Positions 1 through 8,632 of a stretch of DNA of 24,479 nt are shown here, one piece after another (within the stretch, counting starts at the first letter, position 1; each line of letters opens with the position of its first letter). Made by a program: the position numbers and the translations under genes. This stretch comes from Candidatus Woesearchaeota archaeon (GTDB taxonomy: Archaea > Nanobdellota > Nanobdellia > Woesearchaeales > JAGVYJ01). The DNA is taken from NCBI GenBank assembly GCA_018303315.1, contig JAGVYJ010000031.1, forward strand, positions 1-24,479, given 5' to 3'. The notes beneath the pieces were generated by a model. It was not told the DNA's origin. It worked only from the letters and a program-made list of their open reading frames with translations, and ran no database searches.

Positions 1-243
1 AACAGGTTTGAGAAGAACAAGCTGCTGCTGAAGATAGTCAAGAAGGCAGAGGAGGTCAACCCAAAAGGAGGGTTCATTAATTATGGCCTGGTAAAGAGCA
101 CGGCAATGCTTCTGAAAGGCTCGGTATCAGGGCCGAAGAAAAGGCTTATCATGCTCACATTCGCCCAGAGGCCAAACAGGAGGATTTCAGGGGAAGCCCC
201 TGCAATCGAATCAATATCAACAAGCTCGAAGCAAGGAAGATGA
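1..243 (+). CDS. rpl3: 50S ribosomal protein uL3, 3' fragment (5' end outside window)
   Basis: Frame 1 reads NRFEKNKLLLKIV...NPKGGFINYGLVKSTAMLLKGSVSGPKKRLIML...SKQGR* (TGA 241-243). This is the archaeal uL3 C-terminal motif, with an ATGA overlap onto uL4. Confidence 0.93.
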   Translation, partial: NRFEKNKLLLKIVKKAEEVNPKGGFINYGLVKSTAMLLKGSVSGPKKRLIMLTFAQRPNRRISGEAPAIESISTSSKQGR

Positions 244-1166
244 AACTGCCCGTCTATTCAATAACAAAAGTAAAGCTCAGGGACGTTGAGCTGCCGCAGC
301 AGTTTGCCGATCCTGTAAATGCAGACCTGATTAAGCGTGCAGTCATAACAATACAGGCGAACAGGAGACAGCAGTACGGGGCCAATCCCAGGGCAGGCAT
401 GCGGCACAGCGCCAAGCTGTCAAGGCGCAGGAGGAACTACAAGGGAAGCTACGGCATGGGAATCTCAAGGGTTCCCAGGAAAATAATGTCAAGGCGCGGC
501 AGGCGTTTCAACTGGGTGGGTGCAGAGGCACCTGGCACAGTTGGAGGCAGGCAGGCACATCCGCCAAAACCGACCAAGGACTGGAGCCAGAAAATAAACA
601 GGCGGGAAAACAGGAAGGCTATACGCTCTGCCCTTGCTGCAACACTGGCCAAGGAGCTTGTTTCCTTGAGAGGCCATATCATCCCTGACACTTACCCATT
701 TATAGTCGAGGACAAAATAGAGAGCCTCGCAAAGACAAAAGAAGTTTCAAAAGCCCTTTCCGACCTTGGTTTCGGCAAGGAGCTGAGTCGCACAAAATCA
801 AAAAACATCAGGGCAGGCAAGGCAAAGTCAAGGAACAGAAGATACCAAAGACCTGTAGGGCCGCTGCTTGTTGTGTCAAAGGAATGCAGGCTAAGCAAGA
901 CAGGCAGGAACATTCCCGGTGTTCAGGTTGTCACAGCCGACAGCCTCAATGCTGAGCTGCTTGCTCCGGGCGCGGTGCCCGGCAGGCTGACGATATTCAC
1001 CGAGGCGGGATTGGTAAAGCTCCAGAAGGAGAACCTGTTCTATGACAGGCCAAAAAAGCCATCTGCAGCTATCAAGGCCTTGAAGAAAACAGCAAAGGCA
1101 ACCCGGAAAGCCATCATTGACACGGCTGTCCATGTTGCCGGAGCCAGGAAGAAGGTTGAGAAGTGA
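240..1166 (+). CDS. rpl4: 50S ribosomal protein uL4 with Lys/Ala-rich C-terminal extension
   Basis: Motifs RRQQYG, GMGISRVPR, APGTVGGRQAHPPK, INRRENRKAIRSAL, LLAPGAVPGRLTIFT; position after uL3. Confidence 0.97.
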   Translation: MKLPVYSITKVKLRDVELPQQFADPVNADLIKRAVITIQANRRQQYGANPRAGMRHSAKLSRRRRNYKGSYGMGISRVPRKIMSRRGRRFNWVGAEAPGTVGGRQAHPPKPTKDWSQKINRRENRKAIRSALAATLAKELVSLRGHIIPDTYPFIVEDKIESLAKTKEVSKALSDLGFGKELSRTKSKNIRAGKAKSRNRRYQRPVGPLLVVSKECRLSKTGRNIPGVQVVTADSLNAELLAPGAVPGRLTIFTEAGLVKLQKENLFYDRPKKPSAAIKALKKTAKATRKAIIDTAVHVAGARKKVEK

Positions 1167-1426
1167 TGGACCCTTACAATTTCATCAAGCACCCTGTATC
1201 CACTGAAAAGGCCATAAGGATGATGGAATCTGAAAACAAGCTGGTATTCGTCGTCGATAACAATGCTGACAAGCCGGATATCAGGAAGGCAGTTGAAAGC
1301 ATGTTCGGCGTGAAAGTCACGCAGGTAAATGTTTATCACAGTCCTAAAGGGAAAAAACTCGCATATGTCAAGCTGGACGCCTCCAGCCCGGCGCTGGATG
1401 TGGCTACGCAGCTTGGGCTGATATAA
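1166..1426 (+). CDS. rpl23: 50S ribosomal protein uL23
   Basis: IKHPVSTEKAIRMMESENKLVFVV...KKLAYVKL. ATG 1166 overlaps the uL4 TGA; the ORF track starts at GTG 1163. Confidence 0.96.
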   Translation: MDPYNFIKHPVSTEKAIRMMESENKLVFVVDNNADKPDIRKAVESMFGVKVTQVNVYHSPKGKKLAYVKLDASSPALDVATQLGLI

Positions 1427-1441
1427 TACTGATATAATAAA

Positions 1442-2167
1442 ATGGGAAAGAACCTGATATCGCAAAGAAGGGGAAGGGGCACAACTACCTACAGGTCTCC
1501 AAGCTTCAGGTTCAAGGCTGACGCCAGGCATAAATCATACTTGACAGAGGATTCCGGCAGGACCGTCACAGGCACGATTACTGAATTAACCCATTGCGCA
1601 GGCCACACAAGCCCGCTGATGCAGATAGAATACGAGGACAGTGAAATAGTCCAGACCATTGCGCCAGAGGGAGTCAGGGTTGGCGACAAGGTTGCAGTCG
1701 GCCCTGAGGCAGAGATTAAATCAGGAAATGTCCTCGAGCTCAAGGACATACCTGAAGGCACATTAATATATAACATCGAAAGCCACGTTGGCGACGGAGG
1801 CAAATTTGTGAGGAGCGGGGGCAGTTTTGCGCGCCTGCTTTCAAAGACGAAAGACAATGCTATGATTATGCTTCCAAGCAAGAAGCAGAAGTCTGTTAAC
1901 CTAAAGTGCCGGGCCTCGATAGGGATTTGTGCAGCCGGCGGCCGGCTGGAAAAGCCATTGCTAAAGGCGGGCAATGCCTATCACAAGAAGCGTGCAAGGA
2001 ATAAGCTTTATCCGAGGACAAGCGGGGTTGCAATGAATGCTGTTGATCATCCTTTCGGAGGCTCGAGTTCAGCCCACAAGGGAAGGCCCACTACTGTGCC
2101 GAAGCGTGCGTCGCCTGGCAGGAAGGTCGGCCTGCTGAGGGCGAGAAGGACAGGAAGGCAGAGGTAA
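1442..2167 (+). CDS. rpl2: 50S ribosomal protein uL2
   Basis: MGKNLISQRRGRG, DGGKFVRSGG, GVAMNAVDHPFGG, PGRKVG motifs. Confidence 0.98.
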   Translation: MGKNLISQRRGRGTTTYRSPSFRFKADARHKSYLTEDSGRTVTGTITELTHCAGHTSPLMQIEYEDSEIVQTIAPEGVRVGDKVAVGPEAEIKSGNVLELKDIPEGTLIYNIESHVGDGGKFVRSGGSFARLLSKTKDNAMIMLPSKKQKSVNLKCRASIGICAAGGRLEKPLLKAGNAYHKKRARNKLYPRTSGVAMNAVDHPFGGSSSAHKGRPTTVPKRASPGRKVGLLRARRTGRQR

Positions 2168-2168
2168 C

Positions 2169-2546
2169 ATGGCTGAATTTACATTTTACGGGAAAACACT
2201 TGAAGAGCTGCAGAAGATGAGCAGGGAGGAGTTTGCTGCGATACTCCCATCCAGGCAGAGGCGCTCGCTGAAGCGCGGGTTCACCCATCCTGAAGCAAAG
2301 CTGCTTGGGCACATTGAGAAAAACAAAAGCCCCTTGGAGACTCACGCCAGGGAGATGATAATCCTGCCGGTAATGCTTGATAAGACCATAAGAGTGCACA
2401 ACGGCAGGGAATTTATGAATGTCATTATCAGGCCTGAAATGCTGGGCCACAGGCTCGGCGAATTCGCAATGACAAGAAGGGAAGTGGGCCACCATGCCCC
2501 GGGCATAGGGGCAACAAGGTCAAGCGCCCATATGTCAGTGAAGTAA
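2169..2546 (+). CDS. rps19: 30S ribosomal protein uS19
   Basis: FTFYGKTLEEL, THAREMIILP, HNGREF, EMLGHRLGEFAMTR, PGIGATRSS. Confidence 0.97.
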   Translation: MAEFTFYGKTLEELQKMSREEFAAILPSRQRRSLKRGFTHPEAKLLGHIEKNKSPLETHAREMIILPVMLDKTIRVHNGREFMNVIIRPEMLGHRLGEFAMTRREVGHHAPGIGATRSSAHMSVK

Positions 2547-2547
2547 T

Positions 2548-3084
2548 ATGGCAAAATACAGGTATTCAGACCAAAATGCGAAGAAGGAGCACACTGCCAG
2601 GGCAGTTGCCATAGACATGCCTGTGTCATTCAAGCAGGCTGTGGAAGTTTCCAGTTTCATAAGGGGAAAATCCCTTGACAAGGCAATAGCTGTCCTCGGA
2701 CTTGTCAGGGAACTCAAGCTCGCAGTTCCTTTCAGGAGATTCAACAGGGGAGGGGTCGGCAACAAAGGCAAGCTTGGCCCTGCAAGATATCCCAAGAAGA
2801 CAGCAGCGGGATTCATCACACTGCTGAAGGGCGTGAAGGCCAATGCCGAGCAGGCAAACCTGGATGCTGACTCGCTTATAATAAGCCACATAGCAGTGAA
2901 GACCCCTGCCAAGCGTATTCATTACGGCAGGAAGAAAAGCAGGGAATTCAAGGGCGCCCATGTTGAGGTAATCGTCGAGGAGCCTGCAGAAAAGAAAAAA
3001 CAGGAGAAGCCTGCAAAATCTGTGAAAAAAGAGCCTGCCACGAAATCCGTGGCAACGAAAAAGCCGGCGGCTGATGCGCAATGA
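2548..3084 (+). CDS. rpl22: 50S ribosomal protein uL22 with Lys/Glu/Pro/Ala tail
   Basis: VSFKQAVEV, AVPFRRFN, ARYPKKTA, HVEVIVEE; synteny. Confidence 0.96.
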   Translation: MAKYRYSDQNAKKEHTARAVAIDMPVSFKQAVEVSSFIRGKSLDKAIAVLGLVRELKLAVPFRRFNRGGVGNKGKLGPARYPKKTAAGFITLLKGVKANAEQANLDADSLIISHIAVKTPAKRIHYGRKKSREFKGAHVEVIVEEPAEKKKQEKPAKSVKKEPATKSVATKKPAADAQ

Positions 3085-3821
3085 TTGAAAGGGAATTTAT
3101 CAAGGCAAAAATGAAGGAGCTTCAGGTCATGGAGTACATCACAGAGACCCTGAAGAATGTTGGGCACAGCCATACCAACATCCAGAAAACCCCGCTGGGG
3201 GAAAAGGTCATAATCCACACGTCAAGGCCCGGGCTTGTCGTAGGCAGGAAAGGGCAGAACATAAGCTCGCTGACAAAGATACTCAAATCAAAATTCAAGC
3301 TTGATAATCCGCAGGTAGAGATTAGCGAGGTTGAGAATCCGGATATGATAGCCCAGCTGGTCGCGGAGAAAATTGTGTCTCAGCTTGAGCGGTTTGGCCC
3401 GAACAGGTTCAAGGCAATCCTGCACAGGGCCATTGAAGACACCATGTCTGCCGGGGCACTTGGAATAGAGATTGTGCTCTCGGGGAAGGTGCCGAGCAGC
3501 AGGGCCAAGAGCTGGCGCGTGTTTTCCGGCTACCTCAAGAAATGCGGGCATATTGCCCAGGAAGAGGTTGACCACGCAACGGCGAGTGCTACTCTCAAGG
3601 CGGGTGTTGTCGGGGTGAAAGTGAGCATAATGTCGCCTGACGTCAACCTGCCGGACCATGTCAGGAATATCAAGGAAAAGCCTGTCAAGATTGTTGAAGA
3701 AGCTGACCTGCCCGGGAAGAAGGATGCGGGAAAAGAAGCAGGGAAGCATGAAGAAGTGAAAGAGGAAGACCCAAATGTCGAAGAAAAGGATAAAGGAACT
3801 AAAGGAACTGAGCAGGCCTGA
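3081..3821 (+). CDS. rps3: 30S ribosomal protein uS3 with charged C-terminal tail
   Basis: MIEREFI, KTPLGEKVII, RPGLVVGRKG KH motif, GIEIVLSGK, GVVGVKVSIM. Confidence 0.97.
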   Translation: MIEREFIKAKMKELQVMEYITETLKNVGHSHTNIQKTPLGEKVIIHTSRPGLVVGRKGQNISSLTKILKSKFKLDNPQVEISEVENPDMIAQLVAEKIVSQLERFGPNRFKAILHRAIEDTMSAGALGIEIVLSGKVPSSRAKSWRVFSGYLKKCGHIAQEEVDHATASATLKAGVVGVKVSIMSPDVNLPDHVRNIKEKPVKIVEEADLPGKKDAGKEAGKHEEVKEEDPNVEEKDKGTKGTEQA

Positions 3822-3996
3822 CCTGGAAAAGCACTTGGCTGAGGCCCGGAAGGAGCTGATGAAAGCCAATGCGCAGATAGGCTCGGGAACAGGCTTCCGG
3901 AATCCCGGCCAGATTAAGCAGTTCAAGCGAAGCATAGCAAGGATAAGGACGTTGATGAGCCAAAGAAACAAATCAAAGGTGATTCAAAAGCAATGA
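3775..3996 (+). CDS. rpl29: 50S ribosomal protein uL29
   Basis: KELKELSRPDLEKHLAEARKELMK...NPGQIKQFKRSIARIRT; overlaps rps3 by 47 nt. Confidence 0.93.
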   Translation: MSKKRIKELKELSRPDLEKHLAEARKELMKANAQIGSGTGFRNPGQIKQFKRSIARIRTLMSQRNKSKVIQKQ

Positions 3997-4301
3997 GCGA
4001 TATATGCGTAACGTGTGGCTTGCCCAAAGACCTGTGCGTTTGCGAGACCATAGCAAAGGAAAGCCAGCGCATAAAGGTTGTCCTTGAGAAAAAGAAGTTC
4101 GGCAAGGTATACACCGTCATTACAGGCTTTGATGAGAAGAGCATCAACGGCAAGGAGATTGCCAAGAAGCTCAAGAGCAAGCTGGCCTGCGGCGGGACAT
4201 ACAAGAAAGGCAAAATCGAGCTTCAGGGCGACCATAGGCACAAGGTTAAGTCGGCCATGACCGGATTGGGTTTCCACAAAGATGCCATCGACATCGAGTA
4301 G
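3993..4301 (+). CDS. sui1: Translation initiation factor SUI1/aIF1 (YciH family)
   Basis: ICVTCGLPKDLCVCETIAKE, KLKSKLACGGT, IELQGDHR; canonical slot after uL29. Confidence 0.96.
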   Translation: MSDICVTCGLPKDLCVCETIAKESQRIKVVLEKKKFGKVYTVITGFDEKSINGKEIAKKLKSKLACGGTYKKGKIELQGDHRHKVKSAMTGLGFHKDAIDIE

Positions 4302-4539
4302 CATCGGCAACATCATCGGGAAGAAAATAACGGTCCTGGATGCACATAACCCTGCCCAGCTGGGCCTGGAAGGGACGATAATAAACGAAAGCAGGAACAT
4401 GCTTGAAATCGAGACGGTTTCAGGCACTAAAAGGCTCATCAAGGCAGGGATAAAGTTCACGGTTAAGTCAGGCAACAAAAGTGTTGCTGTTAATGGGAAA
4501 GACATCATAGGAAGGCTCTCGGAGCGACTGAAAAAATGA
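4282..4539 (+). CDS. rnp1: RNase P protein component 1 (Rpp29/Pop4), compact form
   Basis: IIGKKITV..AHNP..LGLEGTIINESRNML...K..F...VNG..I.GRLSERLKK matches the Rpp29 pattern; slot between SUI1 and uS17. Exact start uncertain. Confidence 0.85.
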   Translation: MPSTSSSIGNIIGKKITVLDAHNPAQLGLEGTIINESRNMLEIETVSGTKRLIKAGIKFTVKSGNKSVAVNGKDIIGRLSERLKK

Positions 4540-4871
4540 CCAAGAATATAGGAATAGACGTCAGGAAACCGAAGCAGGAATGCAAGGACATGAAGTGCCC
4601 TTTTCATGGGGCGCTGAGCATGAGAGGCCGAACCCTGACAGGAAGGATATTGTCTGCCAGGATGAGGAATACTGCAGTTTTCGAACTGCAGCGGAAAATG
4701 CTCCTGAAAAAATACCAGCGGTTCGAGGTCAGGCGCACCAAAATTTCAGTGCATAACCCTCCGTGCATAAATGCCCAGGCGAATGACCTTGTCAGGGTCA
4801 TGCAGTGCAGGCCTTTGTCGAAGACTGTCAATTTCGTCATAATAGAAAAGCTGGCGGCAGGTGAAGAGTAA
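4536..4871 (+). CDS. rps17: 30S ribosomal protein uS17
   Basis: NIGIDV, CKDMKCPFHG, KKYQRFEVRRTKISVHNPPC, CRPLSKTVNFV. Confidence 0.97.
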   Translation: MTKNIGIDVRKPKQECKDMKCPFHGALSMRGRTLTGRILSARMRNTAVFELQRKMLLKKYQRFEVRRTKISVHNPPCINAQANDLVRVMQCRPLSKTVNFVIIEKLAAGEE

Positions 4872-5275
4872 TGCAAGCCGTGAAAGCCAGGGTTACAAGG
4901 GGTCTGAACCAGGGGAGCATTGTATCGACCTGCGACAACTCCGGTGCAAAGGTTGTCAAGATTGTCTCGGTAAAGGTGAGGGGCAAGACGGTGCATGGCA
5001 GGAAGCCCAGCTGTGGCGTCGGTGATTTGGTCCTGGCCTCTGTCAGGAAAGGCAACCCTGAGATGAGAAAGCAGGTTGTTTTCGGGGTCATAGTCAGGCA
5101 GAGGAAGGAATACAGGAGAAGGAACGGTGACAGGATTAAGTTCGAGGATAACGCAATCGTGATATGCAAGGACGAGAAAGGAAATCCGAAAGGAACGATT
5201 TTCAAGGGAGCTGTCGCAAAGGAAGTTGCTGAGAGATGGCCGGCAGTAGCCAAGGTAGCTGACCTTATAGTGTGA
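4871..5275 (+). CDS. rpl14: 50S ribosomal protein uL14
   Basis: CDNSGAK, GVGDLVLASV, IVRQRKEYRRRNG..IKFEDNAIV, KGTIFKGAVAKE. Confidence 0.98.
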   Translation: MQAVKARVTRGLNQGSIVSTCDNSGAKVVKIVSVKVRGKTVHGRKPSCGVGDLVLASVRKGNPEMRKQVVFGVIVRQRKEYRRRNGDRIKFEDNAIVICKDEKGNPKGTIFKGAVAKEVAERWPAVAKVADLIV

Positions 5276-5280
5276 TAATC

Positions 5281-5658
5281 ATGAGATTTTCAACCGCGTG
5301 GAAAGCAAGCACCAAGGCAAGGAAGCAGCGCCTTTACAGGTACAACGCTCCCCTGCATGTAAAGCAGAAATTCATGTCTGCGCACCTGAACAAGGAGCTG
5401 CGCACAAGGCACAAGACAAGGTCAAAGCAGGTCAGGAAGGGCGACATGGTAAAGGTCATGAGAGGGCAGTTCAGGGGCAGAACAGGGAAGATTGAGAGGG
5501 TTGACCTGAGGCTTGGAAGGGTGTTTATCCAAGGCGTTGAGGTCCAGAAGCGCGACGGCTCAAAGGCCTTTTATCCGCTGCAGCCGAGCAATCTTATAGT
5601 CACTGAAGTTTATACTGAAGACAAAAGGCGGTTCAAAAGCCGCAGGACGAAGGGATAA
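5281..5658 (+). CDS. rpl24: 50S ribosomal protein uL24
   Basis: RKQRLYRYNAPLH, VRKGDMVKVMRGQFRG, PSNLIVTE. ATG 5281 preferred over GTG 5272. Confidence 0.96.
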   Translation: MRFSTAWKASTKARKQRLYRYNAPLHVKQKFMSAHLNKELRTRHKTRSKQVRKGDMVKVMRGQFRGRTGKIERVDLRLGRVFIQGVEVQKRDGSKAFYPLQPSNLIVTEVYTEDKRRFKSRRTKG

Positions 5659-5660
5659 TT

Positions 5661-6341
5661 ATGGTGAAAATGCATCTTAAGAGGATAGCTGTACCGAAGA
5701 CATGGCCGCTCATGAGAAAGGCTGCCGTATTTACGTTGAGGCCCCATCCGGGCTCGGCCAGAATCAGCGAGGGAATACCGCTGGGGCTGGCCCTGAGGGA
5801 CATGCTTCAGTTTGCAAAATCGGTCAGGGAATGCAAGAGCATCCTCGCCAGCAGGAAAGTACTGGTAAATGGAAAGAGGCGAAGAGACCACAGGCATCTG
5901 CTTGGCCTGTTTGATGTGCTCAGCTTCCCGGACATAGATAAAGCATATAGGCTGAGCTTTTCCGGCAAAGGCAGGCTCATGCTGGTTGAAGTAAAAAAGA
6001 ATGAAGCGGATATTATAATCAGCAGGATAAGAGGGAAGACCATGCTTACCGGCGGGAAGATGCAGCTCAACCTGCTCAACGGCTATAATCTGATAGTTGA
6101 CAAGGCTGCCTACAGGGTTGGGGATTCACTTATACTCAAGGGCAGCAAGGTCAGTGCCCATGTCGCGATGGAGAAGGGCACTAGGATTTTCCTCAAGGGC
6201 GGTGGCCACACAGGCATGAAAGGCACAATTGAGGAAATTGTCGGCGACAAGCTTGTTGTCAAGGGCGAAACGGGCACTTTTGAGACAAGGAAGGAATTTG
6301 CCCTGCCAATAGGCAAGGACAAAGAGCTAGTCACGGTGTAA
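5661..6341 (+). CDS. rps4e: 30S ribosomal protein eS4
   Basis: HLKRIAVPKTW, RPHPG, PLGLALRD, VLVNGK, GLFDVLS, QLNLLNGYN, GGGHTG. Confidence 0.96.
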   Translation: MVKMHLKRIAVPKTWPLMRKAAVFTLRPHPGSARISEGIPLGLALRDMLQFAKSVRECKSILASRKVLVNGKRRRDHRHLLGLFDVLSFPDIDKAYRLSFSGKGRLMLVEVKKNEADIIISRIRGKTMLTGGKMQLNLLNGYNLIVDKAAYRVGDSLILKGSKVSAHVAMEKGTRIFLKGGGHTGMKGTIEEIVGDKLVVKGETGTFETRKEFALPIGKDKELVTV

Positions 6342-6342
6342 T

Positions 6343-6861
6343 ATGTCAAACAGCATGCGCAGCATACACATAGAAAAGCTCACCTTGAATGTGGGGGCCG
6401 GGAAGAGCCAGGAAAGGCTGGAGAAGGCAGAGATGCTGCTCCAGAACATAACCGGCATAAAGCCGGTCAAGACATACACAAAGAAGCGAATCCCGAACTG
6501 GGGGCTGAGGCCTGGCCTGCCTATAGGGTGCAAGCTGACGTTGAGGAGTGGGGCAGCTATTGAGCTGGCCAAAACCCTTATCGAGGCAAAGAAAGGTCAT
6601 TTGAAGGAGAGCTGGTTTGATGACGAGGGAAACATAGCGTTTGGAATACACGAGTACATCGACATACCGACAGCCAAGTATGACCCCAAGATAGGGATAA
6701 TGGGCCTCCAGGTCTGCCTGACTCTTGAAAGGAAAGGCTTCAGGGTTAAGAGACGGCGCATGAAGCCCCACTTTATTCCGAAGAGGCACAGAATCACCAG
6801 GGATGAGTCTGTCGAATTTATGAAGAAGAATTTCAACGTATCTTTAGGTGAAGCCCGGTGA
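6343..6861 (+). CDS. rpl5: 50S ribosomal protein uL5
   Basis: NSMRSIHIEKLTLNVGAG, PIGCKLTLR, FDDEGNIAFGIHEYID, YDPKIGIMG. Confidence 0.98.
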   Translation: MSNSMRSIHIEKLTLNVGAGKSQERLEKAEMLLQNITGIKPVKTYTKKRIPNWGLRPGLPIGCKLTLRSGAAIELAKTLIEAKKGHLKESWFDDEGNIAFGIHEYIDIPTAKYDPKIGIMGLQVCLTLERKGFRVKRRRMKPHFIPKRHRITRDESVEFMKKNFNVSLGEAR

Positions 6862-7088
6862 CATCCAGCTCTTACACTAAAATGCTGAAGCAGCTTAACC
6901 AGAAGCCATGGAAGAAGAAAAGATACCTCAAGCACAACAAACCCAAAGAGCGCAAGTTCGGCGCCAGCAGCAAGAGATGCATAAGGTGCGGGAATACGCA
7001 CGCACACATCTCCAGCTATGGCATAAACATGTGCAGGAAATGCTTCAGGGAATCTGCGGCTAAGCTTGGTTTCAGGAAGTACAGCTAG
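6858..7088 (+). CDS. rps14: 30S ribosomal protein uS14 (Zn-ribbon type) with N-terminal extension
   Basis: RKFG...CIRCG...ISSYGINMCRKCFRE.A.KLGFRKY; GTG start. Confidence 0.95.
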   Translation: MTSSSYTKMLKQLNQKPWKKKRYLKHNKPKERKFGASSKRCIRCGNTHAHISSYGINMCRKCFRESAAKLGFRKYS

Positions 7089-7097
7089 GTGAAAAAA

Positions 7098-7490
7098 ATG
7101 GCAATGAACGATCCTGTGTCAGCGGCCCTGTCAGCTGTGATGAACGCTGAAAGGAGAGGCAAGTCAGATGTGCACATAAAGCCGTATTCAAAAGTTGTGA
7201 CAAAGGTGCTTGACATACTTGCAGAAGAGCACTATGTAGGAAGCTACGAGGCCGTGCCTGACGGCAGGGGCGGATTCCTTCGCCTCAGCCTTCTTGGCTC
7301 AATAAACAAATGCGGGGCAATAAAGCCAAGGTTCATATTGAAGACCGGTGACTTCGAGAGATTCGAAAGGAGATTCCTTCCGGCGCAGGGCTTTGGGCTT
7401 CTGGTGATAAGCACGTCAAAGGGCATGATGGTGCACAGCAAGGCAAAAGAACTTGGAATCGGGGGAAAGCTGATCGCATACTGCTACTAA
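7098..7490 (+). CDS. rps8: 30S ribosomal protein uS8
   Basis: MAMNDPVSAAL, DGRGG, INKCGAIKPRF, LVISTSKGMM, IGGKLIAYCY. AGGTGA SD-like element at 7087-7092. Confidence 0.97.
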   Translation: MAMNDPVSAALSAVMNAERRGKSDVHIKPYSKVVTKVLDILAEEHYVGSYEAVPDGRGGFLRLSLLGSINKCGAIKPRFILKTGDFERFERRFLPAQGFGLLVISTSKGMMVHSKAKELGIGGKLIAYCY

Positions 7491-7491
7491 G

Positions 7492-8061
7492 ATGGCTCAG
7501 GCAACACAAACAGTGGAAAAGAAGGGCTTCAGCGAGGATATCGCTTTGCCGCAGGGAGTGACAGCTTCTTTAGACGGACCTGTGCTGGTTATCAGGGGAA
7601 AGTCCGGAGAGTTGAGGTACAGTTTCCTGAGCAAGAAAGTTTCCATCGGAGTCGAAGGAAACGCCATAAGGATTACAGCAAAATTTAATGACAAGCCAAC
7701 AAAAAAATTATTCGGCTCTGTAAGGGCACACATAAAAAACAAAATTGCAGGGGTGCAGGAACCGCATACCTATGAGATGAAAATCTGTTCAGGCCACTTC
7801 CCGATGAATGTTGAAGTGAAGGGGCAGGAGTTTATAATCAGGAATTTCTTCGGCGAGAAAATACCCAGAACCGTCAGAATACATGATGGGGTGAAAGTTG
7901 AAGTCAAAGGCCAGGAAGTTTTTGTGACAAGTGTCGACATAGAACTCGCGGGCAGAACGGCTGCAGCTATTGAGCAACGCACCAAGAGGGCAAATTTCGA
8001 CAGGCGGATATTCCAGGACGGGATATACATCACCAAAAAGGCAGGGAGAAGGAACGAATGA
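7492..8061 (+). CDS. rpl6: 50S ribosomal protein uL6
   Basis: HIKNKIAGV, MKICSGHFPMNV, IRNFFGEKIPR, DIELAGRTAAAIEQ, DRRIFQDGIYI. Confidence 0.97.
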   Translation: MAQATQTVEKKGFSEDIALPQGVTASLDGPVLVIRGKSGELRYSFLSKKVSIGVEGNAIRITAKFNDKPTKKLFGSVRAHIKNKIAGVQEPHTYEMKICSGHFPMNVEVKGQEFIIRNFFGEKIPRTVRIHDGVKVEVKGQEVFVTSVDIELAGRTAAAIEQRTKRANFDRRIFQDGIYITKKAGRRNE

Positions 8062-8630
8062 AAGCCCTTGAGTACCGGAAGCAGTTGAAGGCGAAAAAGC
8101 CGCGGTTTGCTACGCAGGACAGCCACAAGCATAAGGAGATAAGCGCGCGCTGGAGAAGACCCAAGGGGATGCACAGCAAGATGAGACTGCATAAGAAGTC
8201 AAAGCCCCGGGGCATAGATAAGGGATTCAGGAGCCCGAGGGAAGTCAGGCACCTTGACCCCAGCGGCTTGGAGAAAGTAATGGTTGACACGGCGGATGAC
8301 CTGAGTAATCTCAAGCAGGATGAGCAAATAGTTGAAATCAGGTCAGGAGTCGGCAGCAGGAAAAGAATTGAGCTGTTGACGATTATCATGAAACAGGGAC
8401 TCAAAATCACGAATATTAAGGATGCCCAAAAGGCCATAGAAGCCCTGAAGGCAAAGAAGGAGAAAAAGAAGAAGGCCAGGGAAACCGCCCTCAGGGAGCG
8501 CAAGTCCAAAAAAGCAGCCAAGGCAAAAGAGCAGGAAAAAAAAGAAGAGGCCAAGGAAGAGAAGACAGAAGAGGAGCAGAAAAAGGAAGAAGAACTGGAA
8601 AAGCAGAAAATACTCGCGCATAAGAGGTAA
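8058..8630 (+). CDS. rpl32e: 50S ribosomal protein eL32 with long Lys/Glu C-terminal extension
   Basis: KKPRFATQD, WRRPKGMHSKMR, GFRSPREVRHLDPSG, VGSRKRIE; ~60 aa charged tail. Confidence 0.95.
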   Translation: MKALEYRKQLKAKKPRFATQDSHKHKEISARWRRPKGMHSKMRLHKKSKPRGIDKGFRSPREVRHLDPSGLEKVMVDTADDLSNLKQDEQIVEIRSGVGSRKRIELLTIIMKQGLKITNIKDAQKAIEALKAKKEKKKKARETALRERKSKKAAKAKEQEKKEEAKEEKTEEEQKKEEELEKQKILAHKR

Positions 8631-8632
8631 AA

